In this document: positions 18,639 through 28,134 of the stretch, piece after piece | Layout: each line of letters opens with the position of its first letter | Numbering within the stretch: position 1 is the first letter of the stretch | Origin: an uncultured Acidobacteriaceae bacterium | GTDB taxonomy: Bacteria; Acidobacteriota; Terriglobia; Terriglobales; Acidobacteriaceae | Assembly: GCA_963773675.1 (NCBI GenBank) | Contig: CAVZCG010000016.1 | Coordinates: 232,745-296,744, forward strand | Direction: 5' to 3' | Length of the DNA stretch: 64,000 nt | Notes under the pieces: generated by a model | Told to the model about the DNA's origin: nothing | The model's database searches: none | What the model saw: the letters and a program-made list of their open reading frames with translations, nothing else | Program-made: the position numbers and the translations under genes

Positions 18639-19490
18639 TTGAATGCACATATGCCTGCTCATCCCGGCCAGCCTGCACAGGGGCCGCAACCGTTGCCTGG
18701 AGTGGATGCCATCATTGCTGTCGGTTCCGGCAAGGGCGGTGTCGGCAAGACCACGCTCTCGGTAAACCTTGCCGTTGCCCTGGCCAAGATGGGCCACAAA
18801 GTCGGCCTGCTCGACGCCGATGTCTACGGTCCGAACGTCCCTCTAATGCTCGGCATGACCGGCCAGCCCAAGATGGTCGGAGAAAACCGCATCGAACCGC
18901 TGCAAGCCTACGGCCTGAAAGTAATCTCCGTGGGATTTCTGAATCCCGGCGACAAGCCCGTCATATGGCGCGGTCCCATGCTGCACCAGATCGTGAAGCA
19001 GTTCCTGGGCATGGTGGAGTGGGGACATCTCGATTACATGATCGTCGACCTTCCGCCAGGTACAGGCGATATCGCGCTCTCACTGGTGCAAAATGTTCCC
19101 CTGACCGGAGCTGTGGTCGTCTCAACGCCCTCCGATGTTTCTCTGCAAGACGCGCGCAAAGCCATCGAAATGTTCCGCCAAATGAAGGTGGATCTCATCG
19201 GCGTTGTCGAGAACATGAGCTACTTCGTTTGCCCGCATTGCAGCCACGAAATCGATATTTTTTCTCGCGGCGGCGCCGAAAACATGGCCAAGCAATTCGG
19301 CGTTTCGTTTCTGGGGAACATCGCCCTCGATCCCGAGGTGCGCAAGTCCGGCGATGGCGGCAAGCCGGTCGTGCTGGAGGGCGAAAACTCCCCGCACGCG
19401 AAATCAATCTTCGAATTCGCGCAGCGCGTCGCGGCGCGCGTGGCAGAGATCAAAGCCGGCGAAGGCGCCAGCGTCATTCAGATTCAGTAA
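18639..19490 (+). CDS. Mrp/NBP35-family Fe-S cluster carrier ATPase (ApbC-like)
   Basis: Deviant Walker A GSGKGGVGKTT and the CPHC motif (FVCPHCSHEIDIF). Confidence 0.9.
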   Translation: MNAHMPAHPGQPAQGPQPLPGVDAIIAVGSGKGGVGKTTLSVNLAVALAKMGHKVGLLDADVYGPNVPLMLGMTGQPKMVGENRIEPLQAYGLKVISVGFLNPGDKPVIWRGPMLHQIVKQFLGMVEWGHLDYMIVDLPPGTGDIALSLVQNVPLTGAVVVSTPSDVSLQDARKAIEMFRQMKVDLIGVVENMSYFVCPHCSHEIDIFSRGGAENMAKQFGVSFLGNIALDPEVRKSGDGGKPVVLEGENSPHAKSIFEFAQRVAARVAEIKAGEGASVIQIQ

Positions 19491-19499
19491 GGCTCGGGC

Positions 19500-19833
19500 C
19501 TACTTTTCGTCGCCGACCTGAATAATCTCTCCTGGCTTGATCGCAGATATGGCGGTGCGGCAGGCCTCTGCGTCCAGAAGCAGATCCGCTAGGCGCCTTG
19601 ATTTCGCGCGAATGAGAAGGATGGCAATCCGTCCGCCCCGTCAAATTCTGCTGGTAGGCAAAGCCCTTGTCGAGGGTAATGAAAACATCGAAACTTGTCT
19701 CCGCCAGTCCGAGCAGTTCGCCATTTGTCTTGCCCGCAAAGCCCGCTTCAGGTACGGTCACGCACTGATGCTCGTCGGTTGATAAGCTTGACCTAAACCC
19801 GCGCGGTACGCACTCGTCGAGCAAGAGTTTCAT
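19500..19833 (-). pseudogene. DUF5615-type PIN-like toxin gene with a +1 frameshift
   Basis: The N-terminal part MKLLLDECVP...FITLDKGFAYQQNLTGR is in one frame. The expected continuation RIAILLIRAKSRRLADLL...IKPGEIIQVGDEK* is in the +1 frame, ending at TAG (19500-19502). The switch lies in the G-run near 19627-19640. Confidence 0.6.
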
Positions 19834-19862
19834 TGCAGGTGAGCAACCAGTAGAGACTTAGC

Positions 19863-20060
19863 TTATTCCAACCCGGCGATTGCCGCTTCCCGGCTGACCG
19901 TCGGGAAATCGGCGAGGAACTCATCGAGTGTTTGTCCTTCTTCGAGGTAGTCCAGCAGGGCTTGATAGGGAACGCGGGTCCGCCTGAAAACCGGGGTTCC
20001 TCCAAGGATGTTAGGGTCTCTAACAATAGCGTGATCCATTCTCGTCACCCCCATTTCCAT
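19863..20060 (-). CDS. DUF433-type antitoxin
   Basis: IVRDPNILGGTPVFRRTRVPYQALLDYLEEGQTLDEFLADFP is the typical DUF433 core. It sits directly upstream of the DUF5615 gene. The true start is probably M8 (20039). Confidence 0.7.
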   Translation of the reverse strand: MEMGVTRMDHAIVRDPNILGGTPVFRRTRVPYQALLDYLEEGQTLDEFLADFPTVSREAAIAGLE

Positions 20061-20133
20061 TGCAGTTTACAACCAATCCCGGCCCGGCACGAACATTGAA
20101 TGAGGCGCCGGCCATTATCCGCAATACTTGACT

Positions 20134-21273
20134 TTAAGAGCGCTTAAATCGCGATAGCCGCCAACTCGCATCCGTCTCACCTTCATTCAAAACCAACTCC
20201 GCCGCCATCTCCCCCAGCGCCGGCCCGTGCTTGAACCCGTGCCCCGACCCTCCGCCCAGTATCCAAACGTTTTCCATTTTCGGATGCCGGTCGAGAATAA
20301 AGTTGCTGTCCGGAGTCTGCTCGTATTGGCATACGCGCATCTCAATCAGCGGTGCGTCTTTCATCGCCGGAAACCGAAGTTCCAAATATTCCCGAACGCG
20401 TTTCAAGGTTGCCATGCTGACCACCCGCTCGCCCCGCGTAGGGTCGAAAGCCGCGCCGCGCGTGTCATCTGCCATCTTGAAGCCGCGCCGGTCACTTCCT
20501 GGAATGCCGTAGAAAAAACGTTTGCCGTGATCGCCCCACACAGGCATATGCGCGTCAGTGAAATAATTAGCGTGGCGGGCCGGCGGGCCGAAGAAAAAGA
20601 TGTCCTGCTTCGTGGGACGAATCAAGTCTCCGATAGTTTTTCGAAACAGTTCACCCAGCCACGGCCCGCAGGCGAAGACATATTGATCGGCCTTGAGCCT
20701 CGCGCCGTCGGAGAGTCTCAGATGGGGAACAGAAGCTTCTAACCCGCCGCGCAACACTTGGGCTTGGCGATATTCGCCGCCCTGCGCGACAAAAGCGTCC
20801 ACTACTGCCTGGCAACTGGCGCGCGCATCAAGATACCCACACTCCGGTTCGAAGATTCCCCAATGCACCCCGTCGAAGTTAATCTGCGGCCATCGCTTCT
20901 TCATCTCCGCGGTAGAGAATTCCCGAAACTTGATTCGAGCCTCCCGCAGCATCCCGAGCGACCCGCGCTCGTAAGCGTCGTCGCGGCTGCTCACCATCCA
21001 CAGAACGCCCGTGCGATGCAGAAACTGCTGTTTCCATCGCCGTTCATATTTCTCCCATAGCTTAAGCGCACGCGCCGCAAGTTCACTGTAAGGCTGATCT
21101 GGACCATAGGTCCCGCGCATGATCCGCGTCTCGCCTCCCGACGAGGCCCGCGAGTTTCCCGGTCCCCAGGCATCGAGCAGCGTCACCCGCGCTCCGCGTT
21201 CAAGAAGATGAAGGGCGGTCCAGCCTCCAAAAGCCCCCGCTCCGATGACGGCCAGATGCGGTTTCAGTTTCAT
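20134..21273 (-). CDS. FAD-dependent oxidoreductase (DAO/sarcosine-oxidase-like)
   Basis: MKLKPHLAVIGAGAFGGWTA gives a GxGxxG fold. C-terminal GGGSGHGFKHGPALG. The start was set at ATG 21273, since the longer ORF to 21423 has no domain content. Confidence 0.85.
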   Translation of the reverse strand: MKLKPHLAVIGAGAFGGWTALHLLERGARVTLLDAWGPGNSRASSGGETRIMRGTYGPDQPYSELAARALKLWEKYERRWKQQFLHRTGVLWMVSSRDDAYERGSLGMLREARIKFREFSTAEMKKRWPQINFDGVHWGIFEPECGYLDARASCQAVVDAFVAQGGEYRQAQVLRGGLEASVPHLRLSDGARLKADQYVFACGPWLGELFRKTIGDLIRPTKQDIFFFGPPARHANYFTDAHMPVWGDHGKRFFYGIPGSDRRGFKMADDTRGAAFDPTRGERVVSMATLKRVREYLELRFPAMKDAPLIEMRVCQYEQTPDSNFILDRHPKMENVWILGGGSGHGFKHGPALGEMAAELVLNEGETDASWRLSRFKRS

Positions 21274-21520
21274 AAGTTCGGTTTTCGCAGCCCGGCAATT
21301 GAGGATACCCGGAGCGACCGCACCGCGGAAGATACGAGCCGAGGTTCCCTGCAGAGCAAGGATCAGTTCTCGAGGTCGTGCGCGCCGTCCTTGACAGGAC
21401 GAGCACGCGTTCCTAGAATCCAAGCAGGAACCGCTGTCTGCGTCTTTCAGCTAAGTTTCTGCATCTAAAATACTTAAGCGGGAACCTCGCTGTCTGCAAC
21501 CGGCGACCCCTTTTTACAGA

Positions 21521-22561
21521 ATGCCTACTGATCCCCATATCGGCAAGCGCGAACGCGAAGTTCTAACCGCGATCGTGGAGACTTTTATTTCCACGGGAGA
21601 GCCGGTTGGCTCGCGCACGCTCTCGCGCTCGAACCGCGAAGGCCTCAGCCCGGCCAGCATTCGCAACGTAATGGCGGATCTCTCGGATGCTGGATTCCTT
21701 GAGCAGCCCCATGCCTCAGCCGGTCGCGTGCCCACCACCGAGGCCTACCGCTATTACGTCGAGCAGATTTCCGGAACCGCTAAGCTCGCGCCCCAGGAAG
21801 AGAGCATGATTTCCGACTCGCTCGCGGGCGTGAGCGATGTGCAGGAGTTCATGGAGCGCACTTCGCATGTGCTGTCGCTGATCTCAAAGAATGTCGGTGT
21901 CACCGTGGCCTCCAGCGGTACCCGCAATGCGCTCGAGCATGTCTACTTCTCGCGCCTCGGCGATCAGAAAGTCTTGGCCGTGTTGGTGACGCGCTCCGGA
22001 TTGGTGCGCGACCGCGTGTTGCGCCTCGACCTGCCGCAAGCCGAACTCGATCTTGCCGCCCGCTACATCAACGAGAATTTTCGCGGTTGGACGATGGAAT
22101 CGATGCGCGCCGAACTGTCGCGGAGGATCGAGCAGGAACGCAGCGAATACGATCGCCTGATGAATTCCATCGAGCAACTTTACAAGCAAGGTGCGCTTGC
22201 CTCCGAAACTGGAACTCAAGTTGTCTTCGTCGAAGGTGCGGCCAACCTGGTAACCGGTCAGGAAGATCGCAAGCGTCTGCAGGAGATGCTGCAAACTCTC
22301 GAGGAGAAGGAAAAGGTTGCGCAGCTGCTCTCCGCCTACCTCGACGTGAAGCAGGAAGCGGTGCGCGTGGTCATCGGGCTGGATGACGCGCTGCCTTCCA
22401 TGCAAAACTTTGTGTTGATCGGTGCTCCCGCGCGCTCGGGAACGGACATGTTCGGATCGCTCGCCGTAATCGGTCCTACGCGCATGGACTATCAGCACAC
22501 CATGACGGCAGTCTCCTATATCGCGCGCCTGTTCGACAAAATTTTGAATGAATCGGAGTAA
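21521..22561 (+). CDS. hrcA: heat-inducible transcription repressor HrcA
   Basis: N-terminal winged helix REREVLTAIVETFISTGEPVGSRTL. Size and position upstream of grpE-dnaJ fit. Confidence 0.9.
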   Translation: MPTDPHIGKREREVLTAIVETFISTGEPVGSRTLSRSNREGLSPASIRNVMADLSDAGFLEQPHASAGRVPTTEAYRYYVEQISGTAKLAPQEESMISDSLAGVSDVQEFMERTSHVLSLISKNVGVTVASSGTRNALEHVYFSRLGDQKVLAVLVTRSGLVRDRVLRLDLPQAELDLAARYINENFRGWTMESMRAELSRRIEQERSEYDRLMNSIEQLYKQGALASETGTQVVFVEGAANLVTGQEDRKRLQEMLQTLEEKEKVAQLLSAYLDVKQEAVRVVIGLDDALPSMQNFVLIGAPARSGTDMFGSLAVIGPTRMDYQHTMTAVSYIARLFDKILNESE

Positions 22562-22570
22562 TCAGTTTTT

Positions 22571-23146
22571 ATGGGGAAATCAAATGGAAGATCGGAAGTC
22601 GAGAAGCCAAATCTCGACCTGGAGCACGAACTGCCATCCGGCGATGGCAGGGAGAGCCCTGCCCAAGCCGTGGCGGGCGAGTCGTCGGCTCCGGATTCGG
22701 AGTTGCAAAAAATAACAGCGGAGCGTGACTCCCTCCTCGACCGCTTGGCTCGAGCCCAGGCTGAGTTCGAAAATGCGCGCCGCCGCACCGTCAAGGAACA
22801 GCAGGATTTTCGCGACTACGCTGCCGCTGACGCGATCAAGTCTTTATTGCCCGTCCTCGACAGCTTCGAGCGCGCCCTGCAGGTAAAGTCCAACGCGGCC
22901 GAATTCCGCAACGGAATCGATTTGATTTACAAGCAGCTGCAGACAGCCTTGGGAAAGCTGTCGTTGCAGCCGATCGCCGCCAAGGGCCAGCCGTTTGACC
23001 CGCACTATCACGAGGCCATCGAAATGGTGGATACCGCCGACGCCCCCGATCATCAGGTGATCGAGGAGCTGCAGCGCGGCTACAAGTTAAAGGACCGTCT
23101 GCTGCGTCCCGCGATGGTGAAGGTTGCCAGGAATCCCGGGAAATAA
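22571..23146 (+). CDS. grpE: nucleotide exchange factor GrpE
   Basis: RAQAEFENARRR coiled-coil signature and C-terminal FDPHYHEAI...GYKLKDRLLRPAMVKV. Confidence 0.9.
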   Translation: MGKSNGRSEVEKPNLDLEHELPSGDGRESPAQAVAGESSAPDSELQKITAERDSLLDRLARAQAEFENARRRTVKEQQDFRDYAAADAIKSLLPVLDSFERALQVKSNAAEFRNGIDLIYKQLQTALGKLSLQPIAAKGQPFDPHYHEAIEMVDTADAPDHQVIEELQRGYKLKDRLLRPAMVKVARNPGK

Positions 23147-24320
23147 TTTCCAATCCTGTTTTATCTCTCATGAAGGAAAGGCGCCAATTCTGACCACGAA
23201 CGCAAAACGCGATTATTACGAAGTGCTGGGCGTCAGCCGCACCGTGACCGAAGTTGAACTTAAGAGCGCGTATCGCAAGCTCGCCATGCAGTGGCATCCC
23301 GATCGCAATCCGAACAATCCGGATGCGGAGGAGCGATTTAAGGAAGTCACTGAAGCGTACGCGATCCTCGCCGATTCCGAGAAACGTTCTCTCTACGACC
23401 GCTACGGTCACGCCGGCGTTGGCGGCGCAGCTTCGCCGGGCGTCGGTTTTGACGCCACCGTGTTCCAGGACTTCGGCGAAATCTTTGGCGAGTTCTTCGG
23501 CTTCGGAGATGCCTTCGGCGGGGGTGGCCGCCGCCGCAGTCGCGTGCAGCGCGGCGCGGATCTGCGCGAAGACATCACCATCGAGTTCGAAGAAGCCGTC
23601 TTCGGCACCGAAACGCAAGTGATGGTGCGCCGTCACGAAGCCTGCGAGGACTGCCACGGCTCCGGCGCCGCCCCAGGCAAAGGTCCCACAACCTGCCGCT
23701 CCTGCTCCGGCCGCGGCCAGGTTCGCTACCAGCAGGGTTTTTTCAGCATCGCGCGAACTTGCCCCACGTGTCAGGGAACCGGCAACGTAATCACCGATCC
23801 CTGCTCTAAGTGCAAAGGCGAAGGCCGCCTGTTGCGTCAGCGCTCCATCGACGCGAAGATTCCCGCCGGGGTCGAAGACGGTACGCGCATTCGCTTCTCC
23901 GGCGGAGGCGAAGCCGGTCCTTTCGGTGGCCCCGCCGGCGATCTCTACGTCGTCTTGCACGTGAAGGAGCACCCATTCTTTATTCGCGAGGGCAATGATC
24001 TGCACTGCGTTGTGCCGCTTTCCGTGACCCAGGCGGCGATAGGCGCGGAGATTCGCGTGCCCACGCTCGAAGGCGAGCACTCTCTCAAGATTCCCGATGG
24101 CACCCAGCCCGGCACCACCTTTCGCATTCGCAACAAGGGCGTGCCCGTCCTGAATGGTCACGGCAAGGGCGACTTGTACGTCGAAGTGCGCGTGCAGATT
24201 CCCAGCAAGCTGAGCAAGCGCCAGAAAGAATTGCTGCAAGAGCTCGAGACCACCACTAAGGTCGACAACCAGCCGATGATGCGATCGCTACTCGGCAAAG
24301 TCAAAGACATGTTCGGCTAG
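23124..24320 (+). CDS. dnaJ: molecular chaperone DnaJ
   Basis: J-domain KRDYYEVLGV...HPDRN, Gly/Phe region, and four CxxCxGxG repeats (CEDCHGSG, CRSCSGRG, CPTCQGTG, CSKCKGEG). The true start is probably a non-ATG codon near 23187-23192 after GAAGGAAAGG; the annotated 5' end overlaps grpE. Confidence 0.9.
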   Translation: MPGIPGNNFQSCFISHEGKAPILTTNAKRDYYEVLGVSRTVTEVELKSAYRKLAMQWHPDRNPNNPDAEERFKEVTEAYAILADSEKRSLYDRYGHAGVGGAASPGVGFDATVFQDFGEIFGEFFGFGDAFGGGGRRRSRVQRGADLREDITIEFEEAVFGTETQVMVRRHEACEDCHGSGAAPGKGPTTCRSCSGRGQVRYQQGFFSIARTCPTCQGTGNVITDPCSKCKGEGRLLRQRSIDAKIPAGVEDGTRIRFSGGGEAGPFGGPAGDLYVVLHVKEHPFFIREGNDLHCVVPLSVTQAAIGAEIRVPTLEGEHSLKIPDGTQPGTTFRIRNKGVPVLNGHGKGDLYVEVRVQIPSKLSKRQKELLQELETTTKVDNQPMMRSLLGKVKDMFG

Positions 24321-24325
24321 CGGAC

Positions 24326-25045
24326 ATGACCCGCCGCCGCTGGATTGCCGACGAAGTCTCCGGGGATCGCGCCGCTCTCGTCGGAGAGCACGCCGATCAC
24401 CTGGTCCGCGTCCTTCGAGCCCGCGTCGGAGAGGACTTCGATATTGCCACCGGCCAAGCCGTTCGCCGCGGCCGGATCACATCGGTAACGCCAGATCGAG
24501 TCGAGTTTGACCTCGCCGAAGAAATTACCACTCCAACCTTGATCGAGATTACTCTCGTTCTCGCCATCTTCAAGTTCGACCGCATGGAGTGGGCCATCGA
24601 GAAGTGCACCGAGCTTGGCGTCTCGCGGATCGTCCCGGTGATCGCACGCCGCACCGATTCTCACCTTGCAGCGGCTTCAGCCAAGCGTCTTGAGCGTTGG
24701 CAGCGCATCGCCCGCCAAGCCGCGGAACAATCTCGCCGCACCGCGCCCCCGGAGATTACCGCGCCTGTCAAACTCTCCGACGCTCTAAATCCCACTCAAG
24801 CTTTGCGAGTCGTCCTGTCAGAATCAGAAGGGCAAACCCTGCTTCGCGATGTGCTGAAGTCTCACGTGTCGGCGTCCGAAATCGCCCTCGCCGTCGGCCC
24901 CGAGGGCGGTTGGACTGAAGGCGAGTTGCATTCCTTTCATCAAGCCGGATGGATTTCCGCTTCCCTAGGCAACACGATCCTCCGCGCCGAGACCGCCGCC
25001 GTCGCCGCCACGGCAATCGTCGCCGCAAACTTATTCTCCTTCTGA
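24326..25045 (+). CDS. rsmE: 16S rRNA (uracil1498-N3)-methyltransferase
   Basis: RsmE-size SPOUT protein with VGPEGGWTEGE and LGNTILRAETAA motifs. Confidence 0.85.
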   Translation: MTRRRWIADEVSGDRAALVGEHADHLVRVLRARVGEDFDIATGQAVRRGRITSVTPDRVEFDLAEEITTPTLIEITLVLAIFKFDRMEWAIEKCTELGVSRIVPVIARRTDSHLAAASAKRLERWQRIARQAAEQSRRTAPPEITAPVKLSDALNPTQALRVVLSESEGQTLLRDVLKSHVSASEIALAVGPEGGWTEGELHSFHQAGWISASLGNTILRAETAAVAATAIVAANLFSF

Positions 25046-25101
25046 ATCCGCCGTCTCTCCGTGCCCACGCGTTCGTGGCTGCGGTGTTATTCTGAGCCCG
25101 A

Positions 25102-28080
25102 ATGGCTGTCTCCAAAATAAAGTCTCGTCCCTTTGTCGCCGACGAACATCAGCGCCAAGCGATCGACCATGTTCACGGCCCGATGTTGGTCATCGCGGGT
25201 GCTGGTACAGGCAAAACTTCGGTCCTCATTCATCGTATCGCCCGCCTGGTGCAAGAGGGACACGCGAAGCCCAACGAAATTATCGCCCTCACCTACACCG
25301 TGGCCGCCGCCGGCGAGATGCGGGATCGCGTCAGTGCCCTCCTCGGCCACAAAATTCATTCCGCCACGTTCCACGACTATTGCAATACCCTCCTGAAGCG
25401 CGCCGGCAAAGATTTCGGCGTCCTCGACGAGAAAGATCTCTGGATCTACCTCCGCAAAAGGGTTCACGAGCTTCGCCTCGAACACTACGTCCGGGCAGCC
25501 AACGTAGGAAAGTTTCTCAACGACCTGCTGGATTTCCTCAGCCGCTGTCACGACGAAATGGTGACTCCCGAAAGATACGCGGACTACGTCGCACAGCTCG
25601 AACGTGGCGAACTTCCGGTTCCGCGCGTTGCGAAATCGAAAGAAGAGTTGAGCGACGCCGAAGTAATCGGTCGCTGCCAGGAGATTGCCCGTGTCTTCGC
25701 CACCACCGAGCGCTGGCTGCGTGAAGCGAACTACGGCACCTTCAGCCACATGATTACCCGCGCCCACGAACTGCTCGTGAATGACGATGATCTTTTGGCT
25801 TCCGAACGCGCCCGCGCCCGCTTCATTCTGGTCGACGAATTTCAGGACGCCAACTTCGCGCAGATCGAAGTTCTCTCAGCCCTCGCCGGAAATGCTGGAA
25901 ATGTTTTCGCTGTCGGCGATCCCGATCAGGGTATTTACCGCTTCCGTGGCGCTTCCAGCGCCGCGTTCCATCTCTTCCGCCGGCATTTCCCCGAGTCCAA
26001 GTTCGTTGTCCTCGGCAAGAATCGCCGCTCGACCACTCCCATTCTGCAATGCGCTTTTGCCATCATCGACAAAAATCCTCCGGTCTTTGGCACGAACGAG
26101 CGCGCCACGCTCGCCTACCGCCGCACTCCTCTGCAATCGGCGCGCGAAGAGGACGCGAAAAAAGAAGGACAGCCTCTACCCACTTTCCCTGTGGAAGCTA
26201 TCGCCTTTAGCGGCAAAGATGCCGAAGCTCCCGATGTGGTCAGCATCATCGAGGACGTCAAACGGCGCTCGCGCTGTAAATGGAAAGACTTCGGCATCCT
26301 GTACCGCTCCCACATTCACCGTGACGACGTGGTGCAACATCTGGCCGAGCGCGACATTCCCTTCTCCATCGAGAACATGGACGTGAGCGATACCCCCGAA
26401 GTCCGGGACCTGTTTGCCTGTGTTGCCGCGGTCGTGGACCTCACCACCGATGCCAGTCTCTTTCGCGTCGCGGCACTACCCCAGTTCAATGTCGACCCGG
26501 AACAACTCCGCACTGCGCTTCGTGCGATAGCGAAAGATTCCAGGGACGGCGTGACCGTTCCGCTCGCCTCCGTTCTGGGTAGCGTCGCCGGAGGGGCCGA
26601 AGTGTTGGCCGCGGTTCGCCTGGCCCGTGATGAAGTCACCCAGAAGAAAGCGAAAGCACGCACGGCGCTGCAGTTAATCGGGAAAAAGTTCCAACTCCCT
26701 CTCCATTCACCCGTTCTCCAGGCAGCCCTGAAGTTCGCCGCCGAGTGGGAAAACAAGTGCACCACCGACACTGGAGAACTCGGCGAATGGATCGAATATC
26801 TGAATTATTTTCGCGAAGCCTGCGGAGTGATTCCGATGGCGTCCAAGGGAGACGAGGACGCCGTACGCCTCATGACTGCCCACGGCGCCAAGGGTCTCGA
26901 GTTTCCTCACGTTTTTGTTCTGCGAGCAACCAAGGGCTCATTCCCCGCCAGTTATCGGGAGACTCTCGTGGAGTTCCCCGCCGAGTTGCGTGACCCCGAT
27001 TCCGCCGCTGCGGGCGACGATAAGACCCTCCACGACCAGGAAGAGCGCCGCCTTTTTTACGTGGCAATGACGCGCGCCAAAGATTCGCTGCACATCTATG
27101 GCAAGCAGGGAATCGGCCGCGACAAAACTCCGGCCGGGCTGATGCGTGAACTCATCGGCAACGCAGTCTTGCATCCTTATCTCAGATCGCGGCCGGCGCT
27201 ACCCTCGCAACCGGAACTGATCGAGATCGCCGCCGCCGCCGACACCGCTCAGACCGAAGGCTCTCGTTTGCCCGCATGGCTCGCCCTTCCAGCCATCGAT
27301 GGGTTGGACGCGCGCCTGAGCGCCACGGCAGTGGAAACTTATGAAACCTGTCCCCTGCAGTTTAAATTTGAACGCGAATGGAAGTTGTCGCGGCAACTTC
27401 ACGCAGCCGTCCAATATGGTGCCGCCATGCATCGCATATTGCGCACCTACTACGACTCCGTCCGCTTGGGCAGGACAAAGACCGACAACGAGCTTCTACA
27501 ACTCTTTCGTGATGACCTGGCCGCATCCGGAATCCAGGACGACTACCAGCGGGATTTGTACCTGAAGCAAGGACTGCAGCAGCTGAACGACTTCCTGGCC
27601 GCTACGCATTCAGCCCCCGCGCCCGAGGTTCTGCACACGGAAGAATGGTTTGACGTTCAAATCGCCGGAACTAAGGTTGCTGGACGAATCGATCGCATGG
27701 ATCGAACGTCCGATGGAAGCGTCGCGATTATCGACTACAAAACCGGCAAGGCTCGGTCACAGGAGGATGCGGACGAAAGCCTGCAACTCTCCATCTACGC
27801 CATGGCCGCACAACAGAAGTGGGGATACCGGGTGGGTGCGCTTGCGTTTCATAATCTGGAAGGAAACATCGCTATCATTTCAAGGCGAGCTGAGTTTCAA
27901 CTGGAAGAAGCGCGCGAGCGGGTGCAGGCTGTAGCGCGTGGTATTGCCGAAGGAAACTTTAAACCAAAGCCCGACTTTCACTGCACCTTCTGCGCCTTTC
28001 GCGGCTTATGTCCCGCCCGTGAAAAGCAGGCGCCAAATGTTTCTTCAAATTCGAAGAGTGCAGCCTCTTCCTTGGATTAA
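25102..28080 (+). CDS. UvrD/Rep-family helicase fused to a C-terminal PD-(D/E)XK (Cas4/AddB-like) nuclease domain
   Basis: Helicase motifs AGAGTGKT, LVDEFQD and VGDPDQGIYRFRGA. C-terminal GRIDRMD...VAIIDYKTGK plus Cys cluster CTFCAFRGLC. Confidence 0.85.
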   Translation: MAVSKIKSRPFVADEHQRQAIDHVHGPMLVIAGAGTGKTSVLIHRIARLVQEGHAKPNEIIALTYTVAAAGEMRDRVSALLGHKIHSATFHDYCNTLLKRAGKDFGVLDEKDLWIYLRKRVHELRLEHYVRAANVGKFLNDLLDFLSRCHDEMVTPERYADYVAQLERGELPVPRVAKSKEELSDAEVIGRCQEIARVFATTERWLREANYGTFSHMITRAHELLVNDDDLLASERARARFILVDEFQDANFAQIEVLSALAGNAGNVFAVGDPDQGIYRFRGASSAAFHLFRRHFPESKFVVLGKNRRSTTPILQCAFAIIDKNPPVFGTNERATLAYRRTPLQSAREEDAKKEGQPLPTFPVEAIAFSGKDAEAPDVVSIIEDVKRRSRCKWKDFGILYRSHIHRDDVVQHLAERDIPFSIENMDVSDTPEVRDLFACVAAVVDLTTDASLFRVAALPQFNVDPEQLRTALRAIAKDSRDGVTVPLASVLGSVAGGAEVLAAVRLARDEVTQKKAKARTALQLIGKKFQLPLHSPVLQAALKFAAEWENKCTTDTGELGEWIEYLNYFREACGVIPMASKGDEDAVRLMTAHGAKGLEFPHVFVLRATKGSFPASYRETLVEFPAELRDPDSAAAGDDKTLHDQEERRLFYVAMTRAKDSLHIYGKQGIGRDKTPAGLMRELIGNAVLHPYLRSRPALPSQPELIEIAAAADTAQTEGSRLPAWLALPAIDGLDARLSATAVETYETCPLQFKFEREWKLSRQLHAAVQYGAAMHRILRTYYDSVRLGRTKTDNELLQLFRDDLAASGIQDDYQRDLYLKQGLQQLNDFLAATHSAPAPEVLHTEEWFDVQIAGTKVAGRIDRMDRTSDGSVAIIDYKTGKARSQEDADESLQLSIYAMAAQQKWGYRVGALAFHNLEGNIAIISRRAEFQLEEARERVQAVARGIAEGNFKPKPDFHCTFCAFRGLCPAREKQAPNVSSNSKSAASSLD

Positions 28081-28113
28081 TCCCATCGCAGAATCTTTCG
28101 CGCAAAAAACTGA

Positions 28114-28134
28114 GGGGACGCTTTTGGCGTCCCC
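28114..28134. terminator. GC-rich hairpin, probable intrinsic terminator (stronger for minus-strand transcripts)
   Basis: GGGGACGC-TTTTG-GCGTCCCC. On the minus strand it is followed by TCAGTTTTTT; on the plus strand only by CTTTGA. It lies 34 nt after the helicase stop. Confidence 0.5.

Noticed and set aside
21424-21520. CIRCE (HrcA operator) upstream of hrcA.
   Set aside because: No TTAGCACTC-N9-GAGTGCTAA-like inverted repeat was found by eye. Only a 10-bp direct repeat is present.
22836-24239. 467-aa ORF antisense to dnaJ. Similar long antisense or overlapping ORFs occur at 1727-2383, 2686-3630, 6283-7305, 10720-11490, 11572-12477, 25087-25767, 29877-31043, 32178-32927, 34362-35288, 36807-37757, 40071-40820, 46642-47439, 47927-48820 and 51997-52728.
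   Set aside because: Each lies opposite or out of frame to a gene with clear family motifs. Their translations are low-complexity and Arg/Ala/Gly-rich, as expected for stop-poor alternative frames in high-GC DNA, and show no motifs.
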